Part shown: one piece after another, positions 34,418 to 47,411 of the stretch
Layout: every line of letters begins with the position of its first letter
How positions within the stretch are numbered: position 1 is the stretch's first letter
The notes under the pieces: model-generated
Database searches by the model: none
Told to the model about the DNA's origin: nothing
The model's input: the letters and a program-made list of their open reading frames with translations, nothing else
Made by a program: the position numbers and the translations under genes
Assembly (NCBI GenBank): GCA_964016885.1
Contig: OZ024750.1
Span: 41,416,001-41,480,000, forward strand
Reading direction: 5' to 3'
DNA: 64,000 nucleotides
Source: Eledone cirrhosa
Lineage: Eukaryota

Positions 34418-34570
34418 ATATATATATATATATGTGTTTGTCTGTATATATATATGTATGTGTATGTGTGTATATGTATATATATATGTGTGTGTGTGTT
34501 TGTCTGTATATATATATATATATGTGTGTGTATGTGTGTATATGTATATATATATGTGTGTGTGTGTTTG

Positions 34571-34639
<69 letters not shown>

Positions 34640-34954
34640 ATATGTATATATATGTATGTGTGTGTATGTATAATGTTAGAACCAAAACAATAAAACTCTG
34701 CCAAAGTATAAAAAAAATTTATAAATTTTGCTAAATTAATATGGAAGTTATATAAACGACATGAGATTTATATGTATTTGGTATTGAAAAGCAACAGAAA
34801 TTACATAACATAGAGTTGTAGAAGTTAGATGGAATTTATAGAGAGAATAAAACATTAACTACAACTTTCCATAGAATGTTGGGCACTGCATGGAAACTAC
34901 ATGATATCAGATGACAGCAACATGGTATGACAGTGAAACTACTGTACACTGGTG

Positions 34955-35670
34955 CTGGAAATATCATGTAGACTGCACACATGTGGCACAGTAGCAACAT
35001 AATACTACTGATGTTTGAAATATCATGGAGACTGCACAGATGTTGCACACTAGCAACATAATACTACTGATGTTTGAAATATCATGTAGACTGCACAGAT
35101 GTTGCACAGATGTTGCACACTAGCAACATAATACTACTGATGTTTGAAATATCATGTAGACTGCACAGATGTTGCACAGATGTTGCACACTAGCAACATA
35201 ATACTAATGATGTTTGAAATATCATGTAGACTGCACAGATGTTGCACAGATGTTGCACACTAGCAACATAATACTACTGATGTTTGAAATATCATGGAGA
35301 CTGCACAGATGTTGCACAGATGTTGCACACTAGCAACATAATATTACATGGATATTGCTTGAAACCTCATGTAAACTATACAGCTATTGCACACTGACAA
35401 CATAGTACTACATGGCTACCACATGAAAACTCATGTAAACTGCACATATATTGCACAGTAGCAACACATAATGCTACATGGATACCACATGAAACTTTAT
35501 TTAAACTGCACATATATTGCACAGTAGCAACACATAATGCTACATGGCTATCACATGAAACTTTATTTTAATTGCACATATATTGCACAGTAGCAACACA
35601 TAATGCTACATGGCTACCACATGAAACTTTATTTAAACTGCATAGATGTTGCACAGTGGCAACATAACAC
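34955..35670. repeat. Two adjacent related minisatellites (~55-65-bp units, then ~68-bp units)
   Basis: TTGAAATATCATGTAGACTGCACAGATGTTGCAC..TAGCAACATAATACTAC, grading into AAACTGCACATATATTGCACAGTAGCAACACATAATGCTACATGG. Confidence 0.85.
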
Positions 35671-36269
35671 TGCATGCAATCTCCATTAAATTATATAACA
35701 TGGAAGTGCTACATATGAAATGCTACATGATCTAAATGTTATAAATATCTACTTTATCTTTTGGTTCTTCTTTTATTGTGGAATTCTAAGAGAAATAAAG
35801 AGCAAAAGAAATGGTAAAACAAGAATTAAAATTTTATTTCCTAGATTCAATGGTGGATATGAAATATTGATTTTTAATACATTTATCAACAGATCAATGA
35901 ATTGTATTGATCTATTGATAAGTAAATATAGAGAAGAAGAAAAGATAAAATAAAATGAAATAATAAAATTGGCATTATTGCATAGAACTGGAATGCAAGG
36001 AAGAATCTGAGGAAAAAAAGCACATGGATAAGAGTCTATATATATATATATATATGTGTGTGTATGTATATATACATACATATACATGTATGTTATTGTA
36101 TGTATATATACATACACATAAATATATATATATATATATACATTTACATGTAGATACATATATATATACATATATATACATACACACACGCGCACATATA
36201 TATATATATACACATATATATATATATATATATAAATACATACACACACACACATATATATAAATACAT

Positions 36270-36316
<47 letters not shown>

Positions 36317-36345
36317 AATACATACACACACGCACACACACACAT

Positions 36346-36386
<41 letters not shown>

Positions 36387-36862
36387 GAAAATATCAGGAG
36401 ATTCATCAAAGTCCAGGTATTTCCAGCAATAGCTGCTATCGACAGTAAAATTATTGATTTCTTCTGCTATTACTATCAGTTGTAACATTGCAGTAGTTAT
36501 TAAACTCAGTTCCTGAGCTGACTCACATGTGGGCGTACATCTACATGTAGCCTAGTCACAAATATTCCTTCTACAACAGAACACATTCTTCTACCAAAAT
36601 TATTTCCAGTAATATTGATGAAAATAAATGATTTCTACTTTACTTTTGTTTGATTTTTGATTTTTGTTGTCTTCATTTTTACGTATGTTTTTATTTTATT
36701 TCCTAATTGTTTTTGTTTGTTTGTTTTTTTGTTTCATTTAGATTATTATACTATTTATTATTGTTGTTGTTGTTGTTGCTTACTAATTATTTTGTTGTTT
36801 TTGTTGATTTTGTTTGCATTAAGAATTGTACAAGACTTTTTTTGTCTTTTAGTATCATTATT

Positions 36863-36899
<37 letters not shown>

Positions 36900-36930
36900 T
36901 TGTATGTGTGTATGTGTGCATAAATACATG

Positions 36931-37004
<74 letters not shown>

Positions 37005-37024
37005 AATACATGCACACATATATG

Positions 37025-37057
<33 letters not shown>

Positions 37058-37929
37058 ATAGCTGTTTATATATATATATATATATAAACTATATAAACAT
37101 ATAGTCATAAGCAGGGAAAAGCGAACGTAAAATGATGATGATGATGATGATGATAAAATTATATATACATATATATAAACATATAACCATATATGTATAA
37201 ATGTGCTTCCACATATACATTTTGCAAGACTTTCATATCTGTAAAAGAAATTTGATTAACAGTGATTATAGTTATATTTGGAAGACAATAAACAAGGGAG
37301 ATAACTCTAACAATATCAGTGAATCTATATTTATGTAAACTGAAGACAATAGAGTGAAGATTCTGGCATTAAAGTTTACTGGTGTGAAATGATGTTTCAT
37401 TAAAAATCAGGGGTAAGTACGATTAAATTAAAGTACTCAATACATTGAGATAGGGTGATTTACTTCATTACATTGACATGTGAGTTTTACAGAACTAGTC
37501 CTGTTTCATTTGACAATGAAATCATCGGAAAGCTTTCTGACAGGTTTATCCCCAAATAAAAGTCACCTCTCACTCACTTCCTATGCCTTTCTTTTTCTCC
37601 TTCCTTACCCTCCCTCACTTTTGACCCAGAGATATGTGACTTTTGTTTTACTACGGACATCTTAAATTTAATCAACTTTCCTATTGGTCAATCGTTGGAA
37701 ACTGGCCATGCTGTTAATGTAGCTTAGACCCTATATTTCCTCTCAGTCCTTTCATTACACACATCTACAGTCTAAAGTCTGATATAAATCTATGATTAAT
37801 TTATCATATATTTATCTGTAAAGTAAATAGGACCATGAAATACATAAATCTGTAGGTACACCTAGAACAACACAAAGTAATCACTGAAGGTCCCTAAACA
37901 TAAATAATGATTACTACGATAGGCAGAAG

Positions 37930-38102
37930 GCTAGCAATTTTTAGGGAGAGGAAAGTCAATTAAATCGGCCCCAGTGCATTACTGGTACTTTATTTTATTG
38001 ACCCTGTGATGATGAAAGCACAGCTAGCCTAGGCGAGATTTGAACTCACACTGTAAAGGGATGTCACTCTATGCTGTAAAGCAACCGATATTGCCAATCC
38101 AA
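37930..38102 (-). mobile_element. Diverged SINE family N
   Basis: Reverse complement of the core: actggtactttattttattgaccc..gatgaaagc..gatttgaactc. Confidence 0.6.
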
Positions 38103-38319
38103 AACAAAGCCAACTATAACCAAAACTACCCACGGGATACGACCATTGAATGCCAAACTCTTAATTAATACACTTATTAAAACAAGTTAATTACAAACTA
38201 AATATCTTTACCAGATCCAAGACATCATTCATATTTCCCAATTCAAACTCTGTAAACCAATCACCAACCCACTCTAATTATGAATATGATAGAGACAGAC
38301 TTTGTCAAGCTACAGCCAT

Positions 38320-38571
38320 TATGAGATTGTGTAGGTGTCACGACAAAAAAACACACAGTCCACACTGTAATGTGGCCGTGTAGGTAACACGGTAAAAACC
38401 TCCCAGTCCACACTGTAAACGTGGTTGGTGTTAGGAAGGGCATCCAGCTGTAGAAAACCCGCCAGACAGTCCTGAGCAAGACAACCAATCTTGCCTCAAG
38501 TGGGACAATTCCAGTCCAGATCCATGCTAGCGTGGAAAATGGACGTTAAACGATGATGATGATGATGATGA
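38320..38571 (+). mobile_element. SINE-like element with RTE-like tail
   Basis: Shared body and tail. Confidence 0.72.
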
Positions 38572-38594
38572 GTTTCTGTATAAGAAGAGAGAAG

Positions 38595-39722
38595 AAACAA
38601 TATCTATTATATTTTTTCTGTTATTTATTACATGAATTTCTTGTTCATGCCTTGTCTAATGACTCATCATCATGTTTCAAGTACAATTACTCCCCTAATT
38701 TGTGGTCATTCTGGTCATCACATTTTGAACACTTCATATATATTTATATATACAATTGTTATACTTTGGGAGGGTCATGTTGCCAATAAGAAACACACGC
38801 ACCAGTTGCTTTCACTTCAATTTATTATAACAAATTTATAAATTTAGGAATTTATAAATTTCCGGTTGGTTGGTTGGTTCCACAACTAGATGATTGTTTA
38901 TATATTGTCAAAGTTCTTTCGTCACACATTATGTGACCTCTTCAGTGACTGGGGATTCTTTTCTTTGTTTGTGTGCCTCTCCTTTGTTCTGTCCTACGCC
39001 ATCTTATTTTTGTGTGTGTGTCATTGTATGTGTGTCATTGTATGTGTGTCATTGTGTGTGTGTCATTGTATATATACAATGTTATCTCTGATTGAGACGA
39101 AGCAAGAGTGTATTTGAATAGATATAAAAATGGGAAAACAGCTAAATGCTGTCAAAAACAGCAATGGGCAAAAATACCTCAAAGGACAGAGACTAGCAGC
39201 CAGTTGTCAACAGAGAGAGACAATCCATAAGGTGGATGACAGGCAGATGAAACACAGAAATGATTGAAAGAGTAAGGAGGAGAAGGAGAAATGTGTTGAT
39301 GCGTAGAAGTGACCGGTAGAAGGAAATAATTGTTTCTACTTTTGGCACAAGGCCAGCAATTACCCAGTGTATTACAGGTACTTTATTTTATCGACCCCGT
39401 AAGGATGAAAGGCACAGTTAACCTCGGCGGGATTTGAACTCAGAATGGCAAGGGCCGTATGAAAGGCGATGTAGAAGACAAGTTTACACACACACACATC
39501 TTCACCCTCATCAGCTCTCAAACCAGTAAAATGGTTTTGCACAATTTTCAAATGTACTCTCACTTCGTCTCGATCAGAGACAACATTGTTTTAACAATAT
39601 CTATTATATTTTTCTGTTATTTATTACATGTATTTCTTGTTCATGCCTTGTCATGTTTCAAGTACAAGTACTTTACTAATTTGTTGTCATTCTGGTCATT
39701 ACACTTTGAACACTTTGTATAC
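38595..39722. mobile_element. Fragments of an old mariner-like non-autonomous DNA element (copies at 38595-38738 and ~39545-39722; inverted piece at ~39075-39120)
   Basis: Direct duplication of ~140 bp ending TTTGAACACTT(C/T)..TATA, resembling a CAGGGTGTTCAAAA-type TIR plus TA. Confidence 0.45.
39328..39445 (-). mobile_element. SINE family N fragment
   Basis: Reverse complement of the core and tail. Confidence 0.7.
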
Positions 39723-39846
39723 AGTTATGAAGGATTCAGGAGCTCAGCCATCAGGGTCGTGAATCCTTCATATTACCACACTCTACTACCTCAAGTATTG
39801 AGTACTCTGGTGAGTAATGGTCTAACAGGTTTTAACTGCATCCATT

Positions 39847-39890
<44 letters not shown>

Positions 39891-39930
39891 AAAATTAACA
39901 AAGAAGCCTTAATACATTAAAAATCTTTAA

Positions 39931-39975
39931 TTGCTGACAATGTTTCGTCCCATTAATTAGGACTCATCAGAGCAA
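39931..39975 (-). ncRNA. Minimal type I hammerhead ribozyme (H2), inverted copy
   Basis: Reverse complement of 40033-40077. Confidence 0.8.
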
Positions 39976-40032
39976 GGAAAAAGACTAGAAATATCATCGG
40001 CTAGAACAAGCTGATATTTCTAGTCTTTTTCC

Positions 40033-40077
40033 TTGCTCTGATGAGTCCTAATTAATGGGACGAAACATTGTCAGCAA
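40033..40077 (+). ncRNA. Minimal type I hammerhead ribozyme (H2)
   Basis: TTGCT-CTGATGA-GTCC TAATTAATG GGAC-GAAA-CATTG-TC-AGCAA; canonical core with a GUC cleavage triplet. Confidence 0.82.
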
Positions 40078-40293
40078 TTAAAGATTTTTAATGTATTAAG
40101 GCTTCTTTGTTAATTTTTATATAAATTTTTTCGGCTCTGTTTGATAGCATTGAGCTATATCTTATACTGTCATTTCTCTAATACGACGAGTGTGTTTAAC
40201 TCTAACGCACTCAAGTATTTTTATCTTATATATATATATATATGTATAGGTTTAGGAATAACCAAAGAGTGCTTAGAAATACATTGTTTTATT

Positions 40294-40340
40294 AGCTAAC
40301 AGTGTTTCATCCGTACCCTAAGGCAGGAATCATCAGAGCC
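40294..40340 (-). ncRNA. Minimal type I hammerhead ribozyme (H3) at the Penelope 3' end
   Basis: GGCT-CTGATGA-TTCCTGCCTTAGGGTACGGAT-GAAA-CACTG-TT-AGCT, then AATAAA. Confidence 0.65.
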
Positions 40341-42244
40341 TATAAACAAGAGTATATCAATAGTTGCATGCTCCATCAAGCTGCGTCACTAGAACAAGGT
40401 TAAAGGGCCAGCAGGGGGCCACGAGGCCAGCGCTATATAGAAAAAGACAGAATACATGATGCATATAATGTCATAAAATGTCATAAAAAATGTCATAAAA
40501 AATTACATCAAAGATCACATCAAAAATGTATCATTTACATGGTGCAATAGATGATAAGGAGGTTGGGAGAGGGTAGCAGGGAATGAGTAAAGGTGTTACT
40601 CAGCATGATAAAAAACAATAAATAAAAAAAAAACAATAAAAAAACGCAGAAACAAAAAACCAAAAGAAACAAACAAATCAAGGCATAGATACATCAAAGC
40701 ACAAGCAGTGTAAATACAGGATGTACAGGCAGATTAAGAGAGCTTGCAAGCATGAGTCTGTGAGAAGGATAGTTGGTTAGCGGTGGTGCAGCTTTACATG
40801 TAGGATTGTCTATAGTAAGGTTATATCGCCTTGTAACAGGTCGAGCCTCCGTATCTTATGAGCACCCTACGGACAACATCCATTGGTTCCAGTTCCGAGC
40901 GTTAAGCGAAGTAACATTATGTTTCCAAAACATATACTCTGGGGATTTATCCGGATAGGCAGTCAGCGATAAATCCCTAAAATCTAAAATAAAATAAAGT
41001 ACGATGAGTTGAAGAAAGGTAGGGTATATGTACAGCCGGCACTCCAGTGAGGAAATTGAAAATACGACAGGTCCGCAATAACCGCAATCTCCCAAAGTCC
41101 TCACGTTCGGTCAGTCAATCCAACGTCCCAAGTGAAATTCATTGTAAGGCCGAATTGGCATCGAAACAAATTGTCATACCGTATACAATTATACCGCTGT
41201 AAATGAAAATTGTGATGGCTATTCCGTCACATAAACAGAAGGTGTGTACAGAGAACTCCGCTTCCAGAATTACCTATGGCAGAGTGGAGGAAAAGCAGAT
41301 GCGGTTACAATAATAAGCGGGTTTATTAGAGTGGGTGCACATTTCTGTATAAAATATAGAAAACTCACGGCTAAAACTGTCAATGACAACTAAGTTATTT
41401 ACATGTCCGCCACGTGGTTTTCGTGTAGATTACTGAATCCGGAGGTTGTAATCTATTCACAGTCGGGTGTGACCCCTCCTGGGTCGGCCGGAAGTCAATA
41501 TCTACTGTCACACACTGCCTTGAGTGTGGTTCTATCATTCATCATATTTGCAGCACAATTCATATTCAGCAATTTCAAAATTTCAAAGGTTAGCCTCTCG
41601 CTAGTAACAACAACAATTGTCAGAATATAAACACAAGTCGTAGTGTGCTTATGAAAAGTATGGGAGGCAATTCGCGTCATAAAGGGCGGATTCATTAGAT
41701 ATCCACGGGACGCTTGGGGCAAGTCATTTGTTCGTTTCAAACCCCTCGGCGACGCCCCCCCCCCCCCCGGGCTTGGTCGATTCTGGGGCACCCAGCCCAT
41801 ATGAATGCTCCCTTATTTCACTATACTATATTAGGGTCAAGACTATCCGGACCCCGGTTGCCCAAACCATCCGCGTTATAGCTGCGGCGGAGTTTGTTGG
41901 GCTTTCGAGAGACTATTAGGCTGTGCTATCAGTTAGCGCACAATAGGTGCGTTTATAAACCGTATCATTATAGTTAGTGTGGGTAGGTGCCTGCATAGGC
42001 TCAAGCTGTGCTAGGTATAGTGAAAAGCCTTAAGCAGGTTATACCCTATAGGTCATTGGTTAGTGATAATAAGATGAACTAGGGAATAGAGGAAGAAAAA
42101 AGTAAGCGAGAGGGGAAGAGAGAAATGAAATAGGAGAGTAGCCCATATACACTTGAGGGGAATTAAGGTTACAGAGGAACCAGGAACTAGAGTGGCACGG
42201 TTTTACGTAGGCCTGACAGGAGGGGGGGTGCAAGTCCTACCACG

Positions 42245-43430
42245 TTAGCTAATTGGTCTAAAGTAATAGAAGGAGCTAAGATTTATGTGCGGGCAAGAAG
42301 AGAATATTTCCGATTTCCTATTTAGCAGGTTCAGTTTAGTGTATATTATGGCGTGTGATTCAGAGAGACAAAGGTTACAGGTCTTGCTAGGGGGTCTATA
42401 CTGCGATGATTTAGTGATGATTCTCCAATCAAGCTTGTATTGAATATCAGTGTTCTTCAGGAGGGATATGTAACTAGCTAGGGATGTGGTATTCTTAAGT
42501 CTATCATGTCTAAACATATAGCGATGGGAGTTGTATCTAGTCTTAAAGGAGGTCGATGTAGACCCTATATATGTTTTGGAAGAGGTCCGAGTTGTAACTT
42601 CACAAGCATAGACAATATTGTTTATAAGGCATAGCCCCTTCAGGGGGCACTCAGCCTGTCGTCTGCAGTACAGGAGATGTTTGGTTTTCCGTACGTTCCA
42701 GATGTGTGGATCGTACTGTTGGGTAATGCCGCATCCAGTCCATCTAGTGGCTGTGGGTGTCCCGCAGATGCAATGGTATCAAAACCCTTTCTAATTTTGT
42801 TGTTGTTCGTTATGGCTAGGTGACGAGCTAGATTTAGAGTGGTGGAGAATGATAGTTTAATTGTGTTTTTATTAATGATACTATGGTATTTACTACCGAG
42901 AGGAAGTTTTTTTCCAAGATCGAAAAGAATGCCTTTGGTATATTGGTTGATACCTCCGAGTTGTAAGGTGGATTAAAGTAGGAATTAGATCTTCGTCTAT
43001 TTCTTTTTTTCGTACTGGGGGAATAGTTTGCCCCATGCGTAGATACCCCACCTTCTGTGGTAGAGAGAACCTGGGGTGGTAACCTTATCCGGAGGGGTTT
43101 ACTGGTTTCCCTGTCGTTCCTATTGTATCTCAGGTTTCTAGCTTTTATCCTACTGTCAGTATTATTGCTATACCGATGAGGCGTGTTAAATTGAGTCATT
43201 TGGGGTTGGTCAGAGCTGCATACTGTACCCGTGTTGTTCCTATTTTTGTGTCCGCTTCTATTAGGCAAAGCCATATTGTGCATGATTACATTATACTGTC
43301 CGGTTCTGGTGGTTTGGGGGTTGTTAGGTATATAGTATATTTTTTCTCTAAAACCGGACTTTGCTAGTGCCTTATTATAGACCTAAATGCACCCTCATTA
43401 TGTGATAGTCTGCTAATCCTATTAGATACC

Positions 43431-43434
<4 letters not shown>
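42245..43434 (-). pseudogene. Penelope-like ORF C-terminus with GIY-YIG endonuclease (frameshifts near 42900 and 42670)
   Basis: GVSNRISRLS..ALAKSG; YFNPPYNSEVSTNI; KNTIKLSFS; CRRQAECPLKGLCLINNIVYACEV..TYIGSTSTSFKTRYNSH..WRII..CNLCLSE..LNRKSE..CPH. Confidence 0.88.
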
Positions 43435-43469
<35 letters not shown>

Positions 43470-44034
43470 ACTATACTGGGAAGAGTAGTCTTGTCTTTTG
43501 AAGCAACCAAAACTGTAATGATTCCCAGAAGACAGCTGACAAGTGGGAAATGTCGATCTGATTGTCCTTTCCGAGTTTTCTGTTTCATTCATATGACCAA
43601 TGTGGTTTTTGATGATATTATTATTGCAACTGACAGCCTCATTTTGAAATCAAAACTTGTTTATATATATGTATATATATATATATACAAACACATATTC
43701 ATATATACATATATACATATATATATATACAAACACATACTTATATAATACATATACATACATATATATGCACACACACATGTATATGTATATATATACA
43801 TACATATATATGCACACACACATGTATATGTATATGTATAAATCCTTTGGTTGTTCTTTCAGTACATATATATACCCTGTAATGCTGCTTATTTTCAATC
43901 TTTGGATCTTGTCTTGGACTTTATGATAGGCTTGGGTGTATAATGACTAATGGTAACAGCACATTGGCTTTCATTTATGTCGTTAGGCCAACACCACTAA
44001 TTGGATATCTCTACTTATGAATATTTGTCTGTGC

Positions 44035-44081
<47 letters not shown>

Positions 44082-44169
44082 GGAGGTGAGTTTTATTGTA
44101 GCACAATAAAGCAATGCAAATATCGGTTAAGTAGCACTCTACAATTTGTAGGACTGGAGTATAAATTAT

Positions 44170-44457
44170 ATAAGATCAAAAGATGGTTAAAAGAGTTCCA
44201 AGTATTATAATATAAGATCAAAAGATGGTTAAAAGAGTTCCAAGTATTATAATATAAGATCAAAAGATGGTTAAAAGAGTTCCAAGTATTATAATATAAG
44301 ATCAAAAGATGGTTAAAAGAGTTCCAAGTATTAAAATATAAGATCAAAAGATGGTTAAAAGAGTTCCAAGTATTATAATATAAGATCAAAAGATGGTTAA
44401 AAGAGTTCCAAGTATTATAATATAAGATCAAAAGATGGTTAAAAGAGTTCCAAGTAT
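44170..44457. repeat. 42-bp tandem repeat (TATAAGATCAAAAGATGGTTAAAAGAGTTCCAAGTATTATAA), ~7 copies; two inverted copies at 44584-44667
   Basis: Direct inspection; the repeat translates as the 14-aa unit YNTWNSFNHLLILY. Confidence 0.92.
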
Positions 44458-44516
44458 ATGTTGATTTAAAACTTCACTCCTCACAAGTGTTTTTTAAGCT
44501 TCATATCATGTCTCCC

Positions 44517-44587
44517 TATTTTATCTGATGAGAACGCAGATATCATCCCATGATGATATTTGTTTTTGAAATGCGCATAATAAAATA
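44517..44587 (+). ncRNA. Minimal type I hammerhead ribozyme (H4)
   Basis: TATTTTAT-CTGATGA-GAACGCAGATATCATC..ATGATATTTGTTTTT-GAAA-TGCGCA-TA-ATAAAATA; 8-bp stem I and palindromic stem III ATGCGCAT. Confidence 0.8.
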
Positions 44588-44833
44588 CTTGGAACTCTTT
44601 TAACCATCTTTTGATCTTATATTATAATACTTGGAACTCTTTTAACCATCTTTCATTCTTATATTATATATATATATAGAGAGAGATTTTGAGTTTATGT
44701 TGGTTGTATACCAACACCTCAGTATGCAGGCTGGAGCACTCAACGAAGTGCGCAGGTTGGTTTGGTTATTCCGGAGTAGTGTAAAATAAAGTTAAATAAA
44801 AAGTCAAATGTTTAAAATTTAGCTTCGTTTATT

Positions 44834-44890
44834 ACTGCTATATATATATTTCAGTGACAGCCATCTTTGGCTGTGACCTCTTCAGGCAGT
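44834..44890 (-). ncRNA. Minimal type I hammerhead ribozyme (H5), inverted copy
   Basis: Reverse complement of 45114-45168 with one extra TA. Confidence 0.75.
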
Positions 44891-45113
44891 TTGAATTAGT
44901 ATGGTATAGACAAGTACATATGTTGTTGAGGTATATAATATTGACAATACTCTGATATGCACAGTTCCTGGTTGGGTTGTTATTTCACTGATCACATATG
45001 ATTCCAGTTCCTCAGTGAAATAACAACCCAACCAGGAACTCGGCATATCAGAAGTATTGACAATATTATACACCTAAACAACATATGTACTTGTCTATAC
45101 CATACTAATTCAA

Positions 45114-45168
45114 ACTGCCTGAAGAGGTCACAGCCAAAGATGGCTGTCACTGAAATATATATAGCAGT
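45114..45168 (+). ncRNA. Minimal type I hammerhead ribozyme (H5)
   Basis: ACTGC-CTGAAGA-GGTCACAGCCA AAGA TGGCTGTCACT-GAAA-TATATA-TA-GCAGT, then AATAAA. Confidence 0.8.
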
Positions 45169-45213
45169 AATAAACGAAGCTAAATTTTAAACATTTGACT
45201 TTTTATTTAACTT

Positions 45214-45287
<74 letters not shown>

Positions 45288-45853
45288 TGATAATTATGTT
45301 TCTCAGTAGTAAAGCTCAATGGACAGGTGTCCAGAGCATCACTAACATTAATTAAAGGATATATCATCATCATCATCATCATCATCATCAATTAACGTCT
45401 ATCTTCCACGCTAGCATGGGTTAGACGGGTCCCATTTAGAGGCAAGTTGACCATGTCTCACTCATATAGGAGTGTATATATATATATATGAGAGACGTAA
45501 AATAAGAAAATTATAAAATTAACTTACTTACTAAAATTTCACTCCCAACTAATTACTTTCTGAAAGGCAATAAACATACTTTCCGAAGAAGCGTACAGAG
45601 AAGCCTTTCGTTACTAGATATACTAATTCTTTATATATATATAGAGAGAGAAAGAGCCATATTTCGTTAGAGAAACACACATTATTTTGTACATATATAC
45701 AAAGCAAATAATATTAAAGAAAAAGTACATAATTTAATGTGGAAAAGTTCTTATTATCCCTACGGTACTGTTTCATAATTCTAAAACCAAAACAAAAAGG
45801 TAGGGAGCAACTTGAGTCCATAGGATGAGTCTTAATAATTATAAATAATAATA

Positions 45854-46225
45854 AGGTGCATGGCTTAGTGGTTAGAGCATTGGGCTTGCAATCGAAAGGT
45901 TGTGAGTTCAATTCTCGGACCGGGTGATGTGTTGTTTCCTTGAGCAAGACACTTTATTTCACATTGCTCCAGTTTACTCAGCTGTAGAAATGAGATGATA
46001 GGGACTGGGGTCCTTATCATTCCACTGCAAAGTGGTCGTGGAGGGCCCACGGCAAAAAAGCACCCAGCACTCACTGTAAATGAGGTTGGTGTTAGGAAGG
46101 GCATCCAGCTGTAGAAATCAAGCCAGAATCAGTTCCCGTATGAGCAAGACAAGGTCAGCCGACCGTCTAACCCATGCTAGTGTGGAAGAATGGACGTAAA
46201 ACGGTGATGATGGTGATGATGATGA
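45854..46225 (+). mobile_element. SINE family T
   Basis: Full head, core and tail. Confidence 0.8.
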
Positions 46226-46239
46226 TATATATATATATA

Positions 46240-46450
46240 TAACGAAGGAGGTGTGGTAAGGAACCAGATGGACCATAACGCACCAGAGTACTCAATACTT
46301 AGGGTAGTAGAGTGGGTAATAGGAAAATGTTTGACCTTGACGCCAGAGCTCAAGCCGTTTCGACAGCTATTTCTGGACTAAAAAAAAATTTTTTTTTAAA
46401 TAGCTGTCGAAACGGTGTGAGCTCTGCCGTCTGGGTCAAACATTTTCCTA
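46240..46450 (-). repeat. Short element with fold-back (arms ~46320-46372 and 46398-46450)
   Basis: Homologous to 21495-21622; flanked by (TA)n. Confidence 0.65.
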
Positions 46451-46504
46451 TATATATATATATATATATGTACACCGGTTTGTATATATATATATATATA
46501 TATA

Positions 46505-46812
46505 TATTTGTGTTTTAAGGCTGTTTTATCATGCACCATCACGCCACCATCTCTTTCCATTATCATCTTCTTCGTGAGTTTCGTAAGATCAGCTTTCACC
46601 ACCTCTGCCTGTTTTTCTTCATCTTTATGTACATTAACATAACATGTCTATACAAGTGCAGTCTTCCCTCTTATACCCAGTTTCTCTCTCAGCTCATCCA
46701 TGCTTCATCTTTATGTACATTAACATCACACATCCAATGAACCATGCTCCATTCGTTTCTCTCCAGCCTTCACACATCCTCTGCATTCACTGCTCATGTT
46801 ACATTGACATGT
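46505..46812 (-). mobile_element. Degenerate RTE-like LINE fragment
   Basis: Reverse complement resembles 33381-33720 (aggctggagagaaacgaa..catggttcattggatgtgt). Confidence 0.55.
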
Positions 46813-46923
46813 ATATCCTTGTGTACGTGTGTGTGTGTGTATGAGTGTGTGTGTGCATGTGTGTGTATGTGTAAATGTGTGCGTGTGTGTTGTATATATG
46901 TATGCACAACATGCATACACAGA

Positions 46924-47411
46924 TCTTAACTATAATAAAGAAAGGAGTGCGGGACTGCATCCAGGATATATTTTGTTTATCCCGTTTGTAAAATAAGTTG
47001 GATTACTTTGAATAAATAATGAGTGAATATTACATAATTTATCTGCTAAATTTCGTAGCTTTTGATTAAATATATTTTATTGCTGGGTCAAAAAGATTCA
47101 CTTCTTTAAAATTTCCAAATGTCAACACTTCCGGTTAGCGATCGCTTAAATAAATATTCATATATTTCCGTCACTAATTTTCTCCTAATGCAGTTTATAT
47201 ATAATATCGTCTTTTTTTAATGTATCATGGATTACGTTACTGATTACATAAGACAGTGTAACAGTCTTTGTTCTATTTCTGTGTATTATATATTGTCAAT
47301 TACGATTTCATTTGATGTATCATATCTACATGTATATATACCTGCGTACAATATCAATATACACATTACACATGCTAGCAGAAAACCACCCGAAGGTGGT
47401 TTTTCTGCAAG
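46924..47411 (+). mobile_element. Probable non-autonomous Helitron
   Basis: 5' A|TCTTAACTATAATAAAG. 3' hairpin GCAGAAAACCACC-CGAA-GGTGGTTTTTCTGC ending CAAG|T, one mismatch from CTAG. Confidence 0.55.

Larger units (their letters stand above)
39882..40228 (+). mobile_element. Penelope-like terminal remnant with inverted copy (family H2)
   Basis: Arms 39882-39996 and 40012-40126; (TA)n on both flanks. Confidence 0.75.
40248..43434 (-). mobile_element. 5'-truncated Penelope-like retroelement (RT thumb end, linker, GIY-YIG endonuclease, ~2-kb 3' region, terminal hammerhead)
   Basis: Bounded by (TA)n on both sides, with a coding remnant and a hammerhead followed by AATAAA near the 3' end. Confidence 0.78.
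44782..45220. mobile_element. Penelope-like fold-back remnant (family H5), ~210-bp arms
   Basis: 44782-44991 versus 45012-45220; the body continues left to ~44685; (TA)n on the right. Confidence 0.78.

Noticed and set aside
43491-43660. Candidate coding exon
   Set aside because: Frames are open on both strands, splice sites are weak and no domain is recognisable; it cannot be supported.
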